Shown: positions 7,201 through 16,155 of the stretch, piece after piece | Layout of the letters: each line of letters starts with the position of its first letter | Position numbering within the stretch: position 1 is the stretch's first letter | Assembly: GCA_041737385.1 (NCBI GenBank) | Contig: JBGSRU010000002.1 | Location: 205,437-269,436 of the forward strand | Length of the DNA: 64,000 bases | Direction: 5' to 3' | Source of the DNA: Candidatus Saccharimonadales bacterium | GTDB lineage: Bacteria; Patescibacteriota; Saccharimonadia; Saccharimonadales; SZUA-47 | The notes under the pieces: generated by a model | What the model was told of the DNA's origin: nothing | What the model saw: only the letters and a program-made list of their open reading frames with translations | Database searches by the model: none | Translations under genes and position numbers: made by a program

Positions 7201-8241
7201 ATGAGAGCAATGAATAAACAAGTAATATTAACTGGTCTTCGGACGAATGCTGACTATCATCTTGGTAATTATATAGGTGCACTACTTCCAATGGTGCAAA
7301 TGGTAGAGAAACACGCAGCTGACTATCAAATAAATCTGTTTGCACCCGACCTACACAGTTTTACTACACCTATTGAGCATTGTGAGTTTTACCAGCAAAC
7401 AATAGAAAACCTCAAACTGTTTGTCGCAGCTGGTTTCCCAATCGATAACGAAAATGTCTATTTGTACCGTCAAAGTCGTGTTCCTGCGCATTCGGAACTT
7501 GCTTGGATTTTGACAAATTTTACTGGTTTTGGTGAAATGGGACGGATGGTCGAATTTAAAGATAAAGCGGAACGACTCAGCGAAGATCGTGTATCAGTTG
7601 GACTATTTGAGTATCCAATACTCATGGCGGCAGATATACTTTTATACGGCGCAAAATATATACCTCTAGGTGAAGACCAGAGACAACACCTAGAATTTAC
7701 GCGGGATATTGCGCAAAGAATGAACAGCCAGTTTGGGGAGTTGTTTGTTGTTCCTGAAAATCTTGAAAATCAGCAAAAGTTTATCGATAGAGACTCTGCC
7801 CCGAGAATTAGAAGCTTACGAGATCCTACAAAAAAGATGAGTAAATCTGTTGAAGATCCTGCAGGAACGATTAAGCTTAGTGATTCATCTGATGATGCAA
7901 AGAAGAAGATTATGAGCGCTACAACAGATAATGTAGGCGCTGTTCATTTCGATTGGGATAATCAGCCTGGCGTAACGAATTTACTACAAATACTCGCACT
8001 TCTATCAGGGAGAGCTCAAACTGAAGTAAATGCTGAATGGGAAGGAAATGAACGCTACGGCGATCTAAAGAAAGCTGTAGCTGAAGTCGTTGCTAAAACG
8101 CTAACATCTATTCAAGAAAAGATGAAACTGATAGATGAGAACGAACTTATCATGAAAATTGAATCAAGCGAAGAGTTTATGAACGTGCAAGCAAATGACA
8201 CTCTTTTTAAAGTGCAAAAAGCTATTGGTCTTAGAGAGTAG
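7201..8241 (+). CDS. trpS: Tryptophan--tRNA ligase
   Basis: 346 aa. HLGNY (HIGH-type) and KMSKS motifs, with class I TrpRS length and layout. AAGGAG RBS. Confidence 0.95.
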   Translation: MRAMNKQVILTGLRTNADYHLGNYIGALLPMVQMVEKHAADYQINLFAPDLHSFTTPIEHCEFYQQTIENLKLFVAAGFPIDNENVYLYRQSRVPAHSELAWILTNFTGFGEMGRMVEFKDKAERLSEDRVSVGLFEYPILMAADILLYGAKYIPLGEDQRQHLEFTRDIAQRMNSQFGELFVVPENLENQQKFIDRDSAPRIRSLRDPTKKMSKSVEDPAGTIKLSDSSDDAKKKIMSATTDNVGAVHFDWDNQPGVTNLLQILALLSGRAQTEVNAEWEGNERYGDLKKAVAEVVAKTLTSIQEKMKLIDENELIMKIESSEEFMNVQANDTLFKVQKAIGLRE

Positions 8242-8244
8242 GAT

Positions 8245-9108
8245 ATGGCTAAAGAAACTATAATCATCACTGATGACGATGGAGTTGTTAGAGTAGATAA
8301 ATATTTAGCTAACAAGTTTCCTGAGTATTCTCGTGCAGCTTTAGCTAAGTTATTTACATTAAATCTAATTAAACTTAACGGTGAATCAATCCAGCCCGGT
8401 TATAAACTGAAGCCTGGAGCTGAAATAGAGTACGACCTTGGGCCTTTGCAAGAAAAACCTGAAGTTATACCACTTCCAATAATATACGAAGACAGTAATG
8501 TTCTCGTCGTTGATAAGCCAGTTGGAATTATTTCTCATGCCCGCGGTAAGTTCTGGCAAGAAGCATCAGTAGCTAGTTTTATCCGCGATAGAATAAGTGG
8601 GATGGACGGAGAGCGTGGCGGCATCGTGCATCGTCTGGATAGGGCCACGAGTGGTGTTATGATCTGTGCGAAGAACGAAGCTACATTGAAATTTTTGCAA
8701 AAACAGTTTAGTGATAGAAAAGTGCAAAAAACTTATATTGCAGTTGTTGCGGGAATACCTAAACTAGAAGAAGCAATCATAGATGCTCCTATTGGGCGAG
8801 ACTTCAAAGATCCAAAGCGGTTCAGGGTAAGTAGTGACGGTAAGCAATCACAAACAACGTATAAAGTTATTAAACATAATGAACATTTTGCGACGTTAGA
8901 ATTAACGCCCAAAACCGGTAGAACACACCAGCTGAGAGTACATTTGCAGTACATAAAGCATCCTATTGTCGGTGATCCGCTATATAGCGATAAGTCTTAC
9001 ATTCGGTTGCTTCTGCATGCAAGAAGCCTGACGATACAGCTACCTACTAATGAAATCAAGACATTTACTGCAGAAATACCTAAAGAATTTGAAGAAATAT
9101 ATACATAA
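8245..9108 (+). CDS. rluD: RluA-family pseudouridine synthase with S4 domain (RluD-like)
   Basis: 287 aa. N-terminal S4-like R.DK.L region, catalytic HRLDRATSGV motif, and TGRTHQLRVH. Confidence 0.9.
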   Translation: MAKETIIITDDDGVVRVDKYLANKFPEYSRAALAKLFTLNLIKLNGESIQPGYKLKPGAEIEYDLGPLQEKPEVIPLPIIYEDSNVLVVDKPVGIISHARGKFWQEASVASFIRDRISGMDGERGGIVHRLDRATSGVMICAKNEATLKFLQKQFSDRKVQKTYIAVVAGIPKLEEAIIDAPIGRDFKDPKRFRVSSDGKQSQTTYKVIKHNEHFATLELTPKTGRTHQLRVHLQYIKHPIVGDPLYSDKSYIRLLLHARSLTIQLPTNEIKTFTAEIPKEFEEIYT

Positions 9109-9932
9109 TGCTCCTGAACCAGAATACAAATAAAACAGTTGAAGCATTTTGTAATCGTCCAACGAGCTCTGTTCTAATAATAGGAGGCAAAGAGCACGGA
9201 TCAGATGAAGTGATTGATAACATTACTAAGAGATTACTTAAAGGTGAAAATAGACATAATTTATATCGAGTATCACCGCAAGAAAAAAATAGTATTTCTA
9301 TAGATGATATTAGAGAATTAAAAAACAATCTTAAAACTAAAGTTACTGGAAAAAAAGAAGTAGCTAGAATAGCGATTGTAGAATGCTTTGAGACTGCTTC
9401 AAGAGAGTCTCAAAATGCGCTGCTAAAGTTGCTAGAAGAGCCTGTTTATAAGACTGTCTTAGTCATTCAAACTACTGATGATCAAAGGCTGTTAAGCACT
9501 ATCCGGTCCCGTTGCCAAAGAATTGTATTACTTCCTATTAACGAGCAACAAGCAAATGAGTTTGGTAATGAGAATGGATTCGATAAAAGTGCGGTAAAGA
9601 AAGCCTATCTATTATCTGACGGAAAAGCTAAATTATTTCAGGATGTATTGCAAGATAGTCCAAGCTTTCAAACTAAAATTGATGATGCAAAGGCATTCAT
9701 AGGTACTAGCTCGCTTATAAGGTTATCAATGTATAAAAAGTATGAAAAGAAAGAGCAGTTTGAAGAGTTATTTTCTGGACTAGAAATAATTAGTAGTGCG
9801 GCACTGCATTCGCCTCAGACTTTACACATTCGTTGGAAAAAAATTGTTACTGAACTAAAAGTTTGTCGTTCGCTGCAGCAGAAGAATGTTCTGCAAAAGT
9901 TACTATTCATGCGTATATGTGTAAGTTTATAA
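9108..9932 (+). CDS. holB: DNA polymerase III delta-prime subunit-like clamp-loader protein
   Basis: 274 aa. NALLKLLEEP and SRCQ motifs of clamp-loader AAA+ subunits, without a canonical Walker A. Confidence 0.7.
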   Translation: MLLNQNTNKTVEAFCNRPTSSVLIIGGKEHGSDEVIDNITKRLLKGENRHNLYRVSPQEKNSISIDDIRELKNNLKTKVTGKKEVARIAIVECFETASRESQNALLKLLEEPVYKTVLVIQTTDDQRLLSTIRSRCQRIVLLPINEQQANEFGNENGFDKSAVKKAYLLSDGKAKLFQDVLQDSPSFQTKIDDAKAFIGTSSLIRLSMYKKYEKKEQFEELFSGLEIISSAALHSPQTLHIRWKKIVTELKVCRSLQQKNVLQKLLFMRICVSL

Positions 9933-9956
9933 GAATGGTACAATAGTAACCATCAT

Positions 9957-10613
9957 ATGACAGCTCTAATATTATTAGCTATTTTCGCGTTTGTTGCACT
10001 TGTGAGTAGCAAGCAGCGTGATTCTGAACTTTCACCGATTCCGCTTAAAGTGAGCGAGAAGCTTGGAGGCCTATGGGAGATTGCGCATAATGGCATGCGC
10101 GAAAATCGTTTCGTGCGAGCTGAAAAAGCCCTTTTAACAATATTGAATATCGACAAGAAGAACGCAGCGGCCTACAACCGGCTTGGAATTCTCTATGCAA
10201 AACAAAAAGAATTTAAAGATGCGATTGACTGTTTTGAGATAGCAAGCTCTATTGAACCTTCAGCTTCCTCGCTACATAACCTAGGACTCATATACTACGA
10301 GACTGAAAATTACGAAAAAGCAGGGACTGCGTTTGAACAAGCGCTAAAATTAGAAGATAGTATGGCTGCAAGACATATTGCGTTTGCTAAAGTCCAAGAA
10401 AAGCTGAGCAATCTACCACAGGTTATTAAGTCACTAGAAAAAGCCGTAGAAATTGAAGCGAATCGTGAAAGCCTTACACTGTTATATCAGGCGTACATTA
10501 GTGCAAATAGAGAAGAGGACGCGAAAATAATTGAGCGAAAGCTCAATAGACAGCAACAAACCAAAGGTCCGAAAGCCAAAGTAACTCGACCCGCAAGACG
10601 AGTTATTGTATAA
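9957..10613 (+). CDS. TPR-repeat protein with N-terminal membrane anchor
   Basis: 218 aa. Hydrophobic N-terminus, then repeated A.YN.LG..Y....(Y/F).(K/D)A...(F/L)E.A(L/S) units. Confidence 0.7.
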   Translation: MTALILLAIFAFVALVSSKQRDSELSPIPLKVSEKLGGLWEIAHNGMRENRFVRAEKALLTILNIDKKNAAAYNRLGILYAKQKEFKDAIDCFEIASSIEPSASSLHNLGLIYYETENYEKAGTAFEQALKLEDSMAARHIAFAKVQEKLSNLPQVIKSLEKAVEIEANRESLTLLYQAYISANREEDAKIIERKLNRQQQTKGPKAKVTRPARRVIV

Positions 10614-10628
10614 ATCTATCTTTTAACG

Positions 10629-10657
10629 TTGAAGAAATATACTAACACCGGTATAAT
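10629..10657 (+). promoter_or_regulatory. Sigma70-type promoter for the tRNA cluster
   Basis: TTGAAG 10629-10634, 17-nt spacer, TATAAT 10652-10657, about 17 nt upstream of tRNA-Tyr. Confidence 0.55.
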
Positions 10658-10673
10658 AGCCTAGACCTTTTAA

Positions 10674-10759
10674 GCAGGGTTAGTGAAGCGGTCAAACACG
10701 ACAGACTGTAAATCTGTTGGCTTATGCCTTCGTAGGTTCGAATCCTACACCCTGCACCA
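10674..10759 (+). tRNA. tRNA-Tyr (anticodon GTA), long variable arm, CCA encoded
   Basis: Acceptor GCAGGGT/ACCCTGC, anticodon loop CTGTAAA, T-arm GTAGG TTCGAAT CCTAC, 3' ACCA. Confidence 0.9.
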
Positions 10760-10781
10760 AATTGTTAATATTATGTAGAGT

Positions 10782-10846
10782 GCCACATAAGCTCAGTTGG
10801 AGAGCCTTCAGCGAATAATAATCGCAGTTGCTCTAACCAACTAACT
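10782..10846 (+). pseudogene. tRNA-Thr 5' fragment (acceptor plus D-arm) followed by an inverted D-arm copy
   Basis: 10782-10805 GCCACATAAGCTCAGTTGGAGAGC resembles the 5' 26 nt of the intact tRNA-Thr at 10903. 10830-10845 GCTCTAACCAACTAAC is a near reverse complement of the D-arm. No matching 3' acceptor strand follows. Confidence 0.5.
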
Positions 10847-10902
10847 CTAAAAGCAGCAACTTTAAAAATTAGAACAAATGCACTCAAGTTTAAATACTGT
10901 GT

Positions 10903-10979
10903 GCCACCTTAGCTCAGTTGGTTAGAGCAGCTGTTTTGTAAACAGCAGGTCGTCGGTTCGAATCCGACAGGTGGCTCCA
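10903..10979 (+). tRNA. tRNA-Thr (anticodon TGT), CCA encoded
   Basis: Acceptor GCCACCT/AGGTGGC, D-arm GCTC AGTTGGTTA GAGC, anticodon loop TTTGTAA, T-arm GTCGG TTCGAAT CCGAC. Confidence 0.9.
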
Positions 10980-11174
10980 AAAGTCTCATGGCGGATTTGA
11001 ACCGAAATAAGGTTCGCTATTGCCCAGCGGAATTTATTCCAGCAACGGCGCAATACCACACATCCGACAGGTGGCTCCAAGAGTCTCATGGCGGATTTGA
11101 ACCGAAACTAAGGTTCGCTATTGCCCGTAACACGTTGCTAAGGCGCAATACCATACATCCGACAGGTGGCTCCA
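10962..11174 (+). repeat. Three direct copies of the tRNA-Thr 3' end delimiting two structured units of about 80 nt
   Basis: ATCCGACAGGTGGCTCCA occurs at 10962-10979 (inside the tRNA), 11062-11079 and 11157-11174, giving periods of 100 and 95 nt. The two intervening units share both flanks and differ in a central 16-22 nt. Confidence 0.85.
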
Positions 11175-11185
11175 TTTTTATTTCA

Positions 11186-11260
11186 GCCCCGGTAGCTCAG
11201 TGGTAGAGCGCATCCATGGTAAGGATGAGGTCTCGAGTTCAATCCTCGATTGGGGCTCCA
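11186..11260 (+). tRNA. tRNA-Thr (anticodon GGT), CCA encoded
   Basis: Acceptor GCCCCGG/TTGGGGC (two G-U pairs), anticodon loop ATGGTAA, T-arm CTCGA GTTCAAT CCTCGA region, 3' TCCA. Confidence 0.9.
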
Positions 11261-11375
11261 TTTAACACTTGAGAAAAAGTTTGTAATCTGTTAATATAGG
11301 TTGAATCATTTAATATTTAAAATCCACCTCCACAGCTGAAAGCTAAGTGTAGCCGGAAGATAAAGCGAGAAAATC

Positions 11376-11582
11376 ATGGGAAAAAAATCAGATAAGCGTA
11401 AAATCATCGGTATGGTGTGTGAAAAATGTAGTTCTCGTAACTATTACACAAAGAAGAACACAATGAACACGCCTGATAAGTTGGCGCTAAAGAAGTTTTG
11501 TTCTCGCTGTAGAATCGGTACAATCCACACAGAGACTAAGAAGAACCTTGGACGCAACGAAGTTAAGCCCCGTAAGGGCTAG
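11376..11582 (+). CDS. rpmG: 50S ribosomal protein L33 (zinc-ribbon type, extended C-terminus)
   Basis: 68 aa. CEKC..RNYYT.KN..NTPDKL.LKKFC.RCR..T.H.ETK is typical of L33. Promoter TTGAGA 11269-11274, 17 nt, TAATAT 11292-11297. Confidence 0.9.
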   Translation: MGKKSDKRKIIGMVCEKCSSRNYYTKKNTMNTPDKLALKKFCSRCRIGTIHTETKKNLGRNEVKPRKG

Positions 11583-11603
11583 TAGAAGTTCAATCAGTTA
11601 CTA

Positions 11604-11640
11604 AATAAGACCTAGTTTTCTGACTAGGTCTTATTTATTT
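11604..11640. terminator. Bidirectional hairpin terminator between rpmG and the GH15 gene
   Basis: AAGACCTAGT 11607-11616 pairs with ACTAGGTCTT 11623-11632, flanked by an A-run and a T-run. Confidence 0.7.
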
Positions 11641-13553
11641 GTGTCCAAAATCGTATTGATAAGTTCAGCATGACTCCATACCAGTGGAGTTACCCCGACG
11701 ATACTACCATTTTCTGGCTCCACTTGCTCTGATAGTAGCCCACTGGGCATTGCGTGACTTAGTGACCACTCTATGTACTTTATTGCCTCTTCATTTTTAC
11801 CGATAGATGCATATATCTGTGCTAGCCACAAGGTTGTCACAAACCAAGGGTTGCCTTTATAGGCAGGTTCACTCTTGAAGTAATTATCATTTTCGTATCT
11901 TGCTGCTCCTCCGGATGGGGATATGTCTAATAGCTCAGATTGTATTTTAGCCATAGTACGCGCCATTTGCTGCTTTGTACCCATACCAAACATCCACACT
12001 GCATATACTGACGAAACGTCTAGAGTCTCATCAACTACCGTCTTATCGTCTGTGAGTAAAAATCCTTTGTTAAAATATCCTTTGTCTTCGTTGAAGTAGG
12101 TATTTGAATGTACGTTTATGCGCTCAGATGCTGCGCTCCATCGTTCTGCATCCTGATAGTTATCCAACTTTACTGCTATTTCTGCTCCTCTTGCAAGTGC
12201 TCGCATGGTGACAGCAGCGGTATAGGTGTTAGATAGAAATTTCTCTTCCCAAAGATCATAAGAAGCATGTGGCAAGTTACTTTCTAGATCAAAAAATTGC
12301 GCCATAAAATCACAGGCGGGCTTTAGTAATGAATCGTACATTTTAAGCACAAAATCTGTGTCGTTAGAGTAGTTGTAATACTCCGAAAGCATAAAGACGA
12401 CAATTGCAGTTTCGTCTTCTTGAATCGCGAGTTCCTGTCTTTTGCCGTGTATGAGAGGGTGCCATGTGCTGCCTATCGCTTTGTCTGGTTGGTATTTATG
12501 CATCATATAGCCATCTGGGTGGATAATGTTTTTACAGAATTCAAAAAACGCTCTTGGCTCATGCACATAACCGAGCTTAATAAGTGGCCACATAACAAAA
12601 GCGCCATCTCTTGGCCAAACGTAGCTGTAATAATCTCTTCCATAGTTATAAATTGATGAATCGCACGATGCAATGATACCGCCGTGACTATCTGTGTGGG
12701 CCTTTATAGTCATCAGTGATTTTTGCATAGCTGTTTTCAGCTCAGGCTTAATATTCTGCGTTTTTTCTACTGCTATCGATAGCCAGTCTCTCCAGTGTTG
12801 ATATGTCGCGTGTAGTCTAGCGTCGAAACCACCGTTGAGCATTTTTTTCTGTAACGATTCGAGCTGTAGTTGAGAATCAGCAACAGCCAGCCAGTATCTT
12901 ACGACTTTTGTGCTTTTTGGCTGAAGAGAAATCTGTACTCTGATTGTTGAATCAACTCCGGCGTGCTCTACGGCTGACATCGATAATTCTCCATCTACCG
13001 CATCCATAAAAGTACCCTGCTTGCCTTCAATACCTGCGTTACCGGCAGCATACTGATCAAAGGGCTTACCATCTTCATCTTCTGCGTATGCGAGTATGCT
13101 GCAGCGGCCTTTGTAATCAAGCATATAGTTGCCACCCGGAACAAACATTGCGGTATCAGAGCGACCAAGTGAACTAATCTGAAAGACTTGATGGAAGAAT
13201 ATACGAACGTCTTTTTCCGCGTCATCTAAATTCTCGATGTATAATTTACGGGCAAATATGTCATTATGGGGATCGACAAAATCTTTAAAATGAATTCTAA
13301 TGCCAACTGAAGAATTTTCTAGTACACTGTTGGAGACGAGAGCAGTATCTTCAAAATCTATAGTAGCGTGCCAAACATGATCACTTATCCAAGAAAAATT
13401 TCCATCAACCCATACGCCGATGTGATGTGGTTCTAATCGAGCTGAGGTTAAATTCTCCAAGCCAACATAGGGAAAATAAAAGTCATGTACCAAGCCTTTT
13501 TCGTTGAGACCAACAGTAAGACCGCTGTTACCCAGTATGATTGATCGAGCCAT
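11631..13553 (-). CDS. Glycoside hydrolase family 15 (glucoamylase-like)
   Basis: 640 aa. The N-terminal ILGN..L.V.....G...DFYFPYVG and the C-terminal (alpha/alpha)6 region (YSYVWPRD, W.E...) are typical of bacterial and archaeal GH15. Confidence 0.85.
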   Translation of the reverse strand: MARSIILGNSGLTVGLNEKGLVHDFYFPYVGLENLTSARLEPHHIGVWVDGNFSWISDHVWHATIDFEDTALVSNSVLENSSVGIRIHFKDFVDPHNDIFARKLYIENLDDAEKDVRIFFHQVFQISSLGRSDTAMFVPGGNYMLDYKGRCSILAYAEDEDGKPFDQYAAGNAGIEGKQGTFMDAVDGELSMSAVEHAGVDSTIRVQISLQPKSTKVVRYWLAVADSQLQLESLQKKMLNGGFDARLHATYQHWRDWLSIAVEKTQNIKPELKTAMQKSLMTIKAHTDSHGGIIASCDSSIYNYGRDYYSYVWPRDGAFVMWPLIKLGYVHEPRAFFEFCKNIIHPDGYMMHKYQPDKAIGSTWHPLIHGKRQELAIQEDETAIVVFMLSEYYNYSNDTDFVLKMYDSLLKPACDFMAQFFDLESNLPHASYDLWEEKFLSNTYTAAVTMRALARGAEIAVKLDNYQDAERWSAASERINVHSNTYFNEDKGYFNKGFLLTDDKTVVDETLDVSSVYAVWMFGMGTKQQMARTMAKIQSELLDISPSGGAARYENDNYFKSEPAYKGNPWFVTTLWLAQIYASIGKNEEAIKYIEWSLSHAMPSGLLSEQVEPENGSIVGVTPLVWSHAELINTILDTNK

Positions 13554-14767
13554 TACAACACCACGCCTTTATCCGCCATTCGTGCCAGTAGATCTCGGTA
13601 CGCATTCATGAAGTAACGAAAAGCATCATAGGGTGATTGGTAAGGGCTAAAGTAGGCGTGTACATCACCGTCTGAAAACCACTTGGTGCACATATAATAC
13701 ATATGATCACTTGTTTGCAACTTCCTCCAGTCCGCTAATAGTTCAGCATCCTGTAACTCCATAAGTGGTCTCTCAAGTTCGTACAGTGAGGAAATCGCAT
13801 CACGCTGCATTGCATTACCGACCCAAGCTGTAAGGTCACGTTCATTGTCTGCCCAAGTAATAGTTTGCGGAACGTCAACGAAATCCTTTTTCTCATATGA
13901 CATAGCCGCTTCAGTAATAGTTTTAAAGGTGTTCTGCTCAGTTTTTAACCACTCAGCAGGGAAGGCACGTAGAAAGTCGAATATGCCCGTATCCGCCCAT
14001 TGATGTTCACCAAATGTTTCATAATCCATGAAAAGATTGACAATATCGCTATCCTTCACACTTTCACTTAACCAGTGGCAGTATTTTTCTGTTGCAAGTG
14101 GCCACTCTGACCATTCCTGGTTAGAAAACCTAAATGCAATATCATCACTTAGTTTGTAGTTCTTCATTAAAAGTGCAATGTTTTCAGTGTAGCTAGGTTG
14201 GTAGACATAATTAGGCGATCTCCATCCAAGCACAGGATCCCAACCCTCTGTAATAATAGCTTTATAGCCTGCCTCATCTGCCCAGTAGGCGAGGTCATTG
14301 TTGTAGCTGAGCTCAGTGTTTCGAAATGCGGTTGGTCTTACCCCAAAAACTTCGTTAATTTTGTTACTGTGCATTGCAACTTGTTTTACGAACTCAGCTC
14401 TTGAGTAGAAGAAGGCAAGTGAGTGATGGTAGGTTTCAGCGACAATCTCAACTTTTCCAGTAGCGACAATTTCTTTGAATGACTGCAGAACGTCAGGTCG
14501 CCACATCTCCAGTTGCTCTATCAATGTTCCTGTTATAGAAAGGCTAATTCTGAAATCAGAATGTTCAAGTAGCAATTCTCTCAAAATATTGTTTGTTGGT
14601 AAGTATGATTTCTCAGACACTTTATCAATAATGAATTTGTTATTTGTCTCAGTATCCGGTGATTCGTCGTTGAAATAGTGATGATCACTGCCTGCCTCAA
14701 ATATTGAATAGGGTTTTACTCTGTACGGCTGATGAGCATGAAGGTATAGTACTATCGCCTTGCTCAC
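13553..14767 (-). CDS. Glycoside hydrolase family 57 (alpha-amylase / glucanotransferase-like)
   Basis: IVLYLHAHQPYR at the N-terminus and the ETFGEH region are typical of GH57. I prefer the GTG start at 14767 (GTGA overlap with the upstream stop) over the ATG at 14863, which would overlap the GT gene by 100 nt. Confidence 0.8.
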   Translation of the reverse strand: MSKAIVLYLHAHQPYRVKPYSIFEAGSDHHYFNDESPDTETNNKFIIDKVSEKSYLPTNNILRELLLEHSDFRISLSITGTLIEQLEMWRPDVLQSFKEIVATGKVEIVAETYHHSLAFFYSRAEFVKQVAMHSNKINEVFGVRPTAFRNTELSYNNDLAYWADEAGYKAIITEGWDPVLGWRSPNYVYQPSYTENIALLMKNYKLSDDIAFRFSNQEWSEWPLATEKYCHWLSESVKDSDIVNLFMDYETFGEHQWADTGIFDFLRAFPAEWLKTEQNTFKTITEAAMSYEKKDFVDVPQTITWADNERDLTAWVGNAMQRDAISSLYELERPLMELQDAELLADWRKLQTSDHMYYMCTKWFSDGDVHAYFSPYQSPYDAFRYFMNAYRDLLARMADKGVVL

Positions 14768-15975
14768 GCGTTTGCTCCAACAGCATGGTGGTAGCGCTGT
14801 TTCATAACACTTACGGATTTTTCCCAAGAGTGGTTTTGGCACTCTTTGTAACTTTCTTGCCACATAGTATTTGCTAGACTATCATTACTCGTCAGGCTCA
14901 CTATCATATCTGCCATACGATCAGTATCCCAAAAGTCGACCTTATAACAGTTCCTGATTACTTCGCCAACTCCAGATTGTTTCGATACAATTACTGGCGC
15001 CCCGTAACCAATCGCTTCAAGGGCGGCAATACCAAATGGCTCAGATACGCTCGGCATAATGAATACATCTGCAATTTTAAAGGTGTCTCTCCAGGGTTTA
15101 CCAGTGCCATTCATCCAGCCTTCAACAATTATATTTTTCGACAATCCATAATCAGCAGTAAGTTGTGTTAACTCGTCATTTTGTTCTCCACCACCTGCAA
15201 GGAGAAATATAACTTTTGGATGAATAGCAATCACTTTTCTGGCAGCATCTAGCAGGTGAGTGAGTCCTTTTTGAATTGTTTTTCTGCCGGCGCTTACCAC
15301 AACTTTATAGCCTTGAGCTTTCATTATCTCAAGATACCTGTACACATTTGAAGATTCATCTATTTCCATTGTTACGTCCATAGAATTATGTACAACGTGA
15401 ATTTTATTGGCTTCTATTCCATATTCTTTAATGATCACATTTTTCGTATATTGACTGACTGCGAATACTTGATCAGCCATCATAAGCGCTGCATGTTCGA
15501 TCTCTCGGACTTCAGGATTACCATGATTGCCGGCAGATTGATCGAACTGAGTAGCATGGACATGCGCTATCATTGGTTTGCCGGTCTTTTGTTTGGCTAG
15601 CATTGCGGCCTTGAAGGTCAACCAGTCATGAGCGTGAATAATATCGAACTCTCTAGATTCGACCAATTTAGCGACGTTATGTGCGTATAAGTCGTGTTGC
15701 TGACGTAAATCAAGTTTACCGATAATAGTTTTACTACTTTTTTTACCGTACATAGCGGTATCGTAAATCCCACCTGCAAACTGAACATATTCAACAGATT
15801 GATGATGAGCTGGCGTGACGGTCATAAAATCAATAGCAAAATCAGCAGTGTAGGGGAGTACGAATTCTATATCTATACCTTGAGCATGTAGATTTTTGCA
15901 CATTTGATAACATGCAATACCCATGCCTCCAGCGTGATTTGGCGGCAACTCCCACCCTAGCATCAAAACTTTCAC
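14764..15975 (-). CDS. GT4-type glycosyltransferase (glycogen-synthase-like)
   Basis: 403 aa. MKVLMLGWELPP..AGGMG N-terminus and the C-terminal E(P/S)FG...LEA motif of GT-B retaining transferases. Forms an operon with GH57 and GH15. Confidence 0.85.
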   Translation of the reverse strand: MKVLMLGWELPPNHAGGMGIACYQMCKNLHAQGIDIEFVLPYTADFAIDFMTVTPAHHQSVEYVQFAGGIYDTAMYGKKSSKTIIGKLDLRQQHDLYAHNVAKLVESREFDIIHAHDWLTFKAAMLAKQKTGKPMIAHVHATQFDQSAGNHGNPEVREIEHAALMMADQVFAVSQYTKNVIIKEYGIEANKIHVVHNSMDVTMEIDESSNVYRYLEIMKAQGYKVVVSAGRKTIQKGLTHLLDAARKVIAIHPKVIFLLAGGGEQNDELTQLTADYGLSKNIIVEGWMNGTGKPWRDTFKIADVFIMPSVSEPFGIAALEAIGYGAPVIVSKQSGVGEVIRNCYKVDFWDTDRMADMIVSLTSNDSLANTMWQESYKECQNHSWEKSVSVMKQRYHHAVGANA

Positions 15976-16155
15976 TAGTTTAAAAACTCCGTAATTTGCT
16001 TATGTTTGTTCTTCAGTAATAGTATATAGCTTTATATATAGCAAAACAACCAAATAACAGATGTATTTTAATGATTTTTATGCTATAGTTAATTAACTTT
16101 TTATATAAACTAACCAGCGTGCTTAGCGCAGCTGTACCAAGGATACCCGTAAGTA

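Noticed and set aside
10962-11174. Possible CRISPR-like array (regular 95-100 nt period)
   Set aside because: There are only three repeats, the repeat is the tRNA 3' end itself, the spacers are about 80 percent identical to each other, and no cas genes are present.
10988-11206. 72-aa ORF from the six-frame track
   Set aside because: It runs through the two tRNA-Thr 3'-end repeat units and into tRNA-Thr(GGU). Its internal repetition simply mirrors the DNA repeat, and it has no RBS.
13553-14863. ATG 14863 as the start of the GH57 gene
   Set aside because: It would overlap the upstream GT4 gene by 100 nt and add a non-conserved basic N-terminus. GTG 14767 gives a GTGA stop/start overlap and begins right before the conserved IVLYLHAHQPYR.
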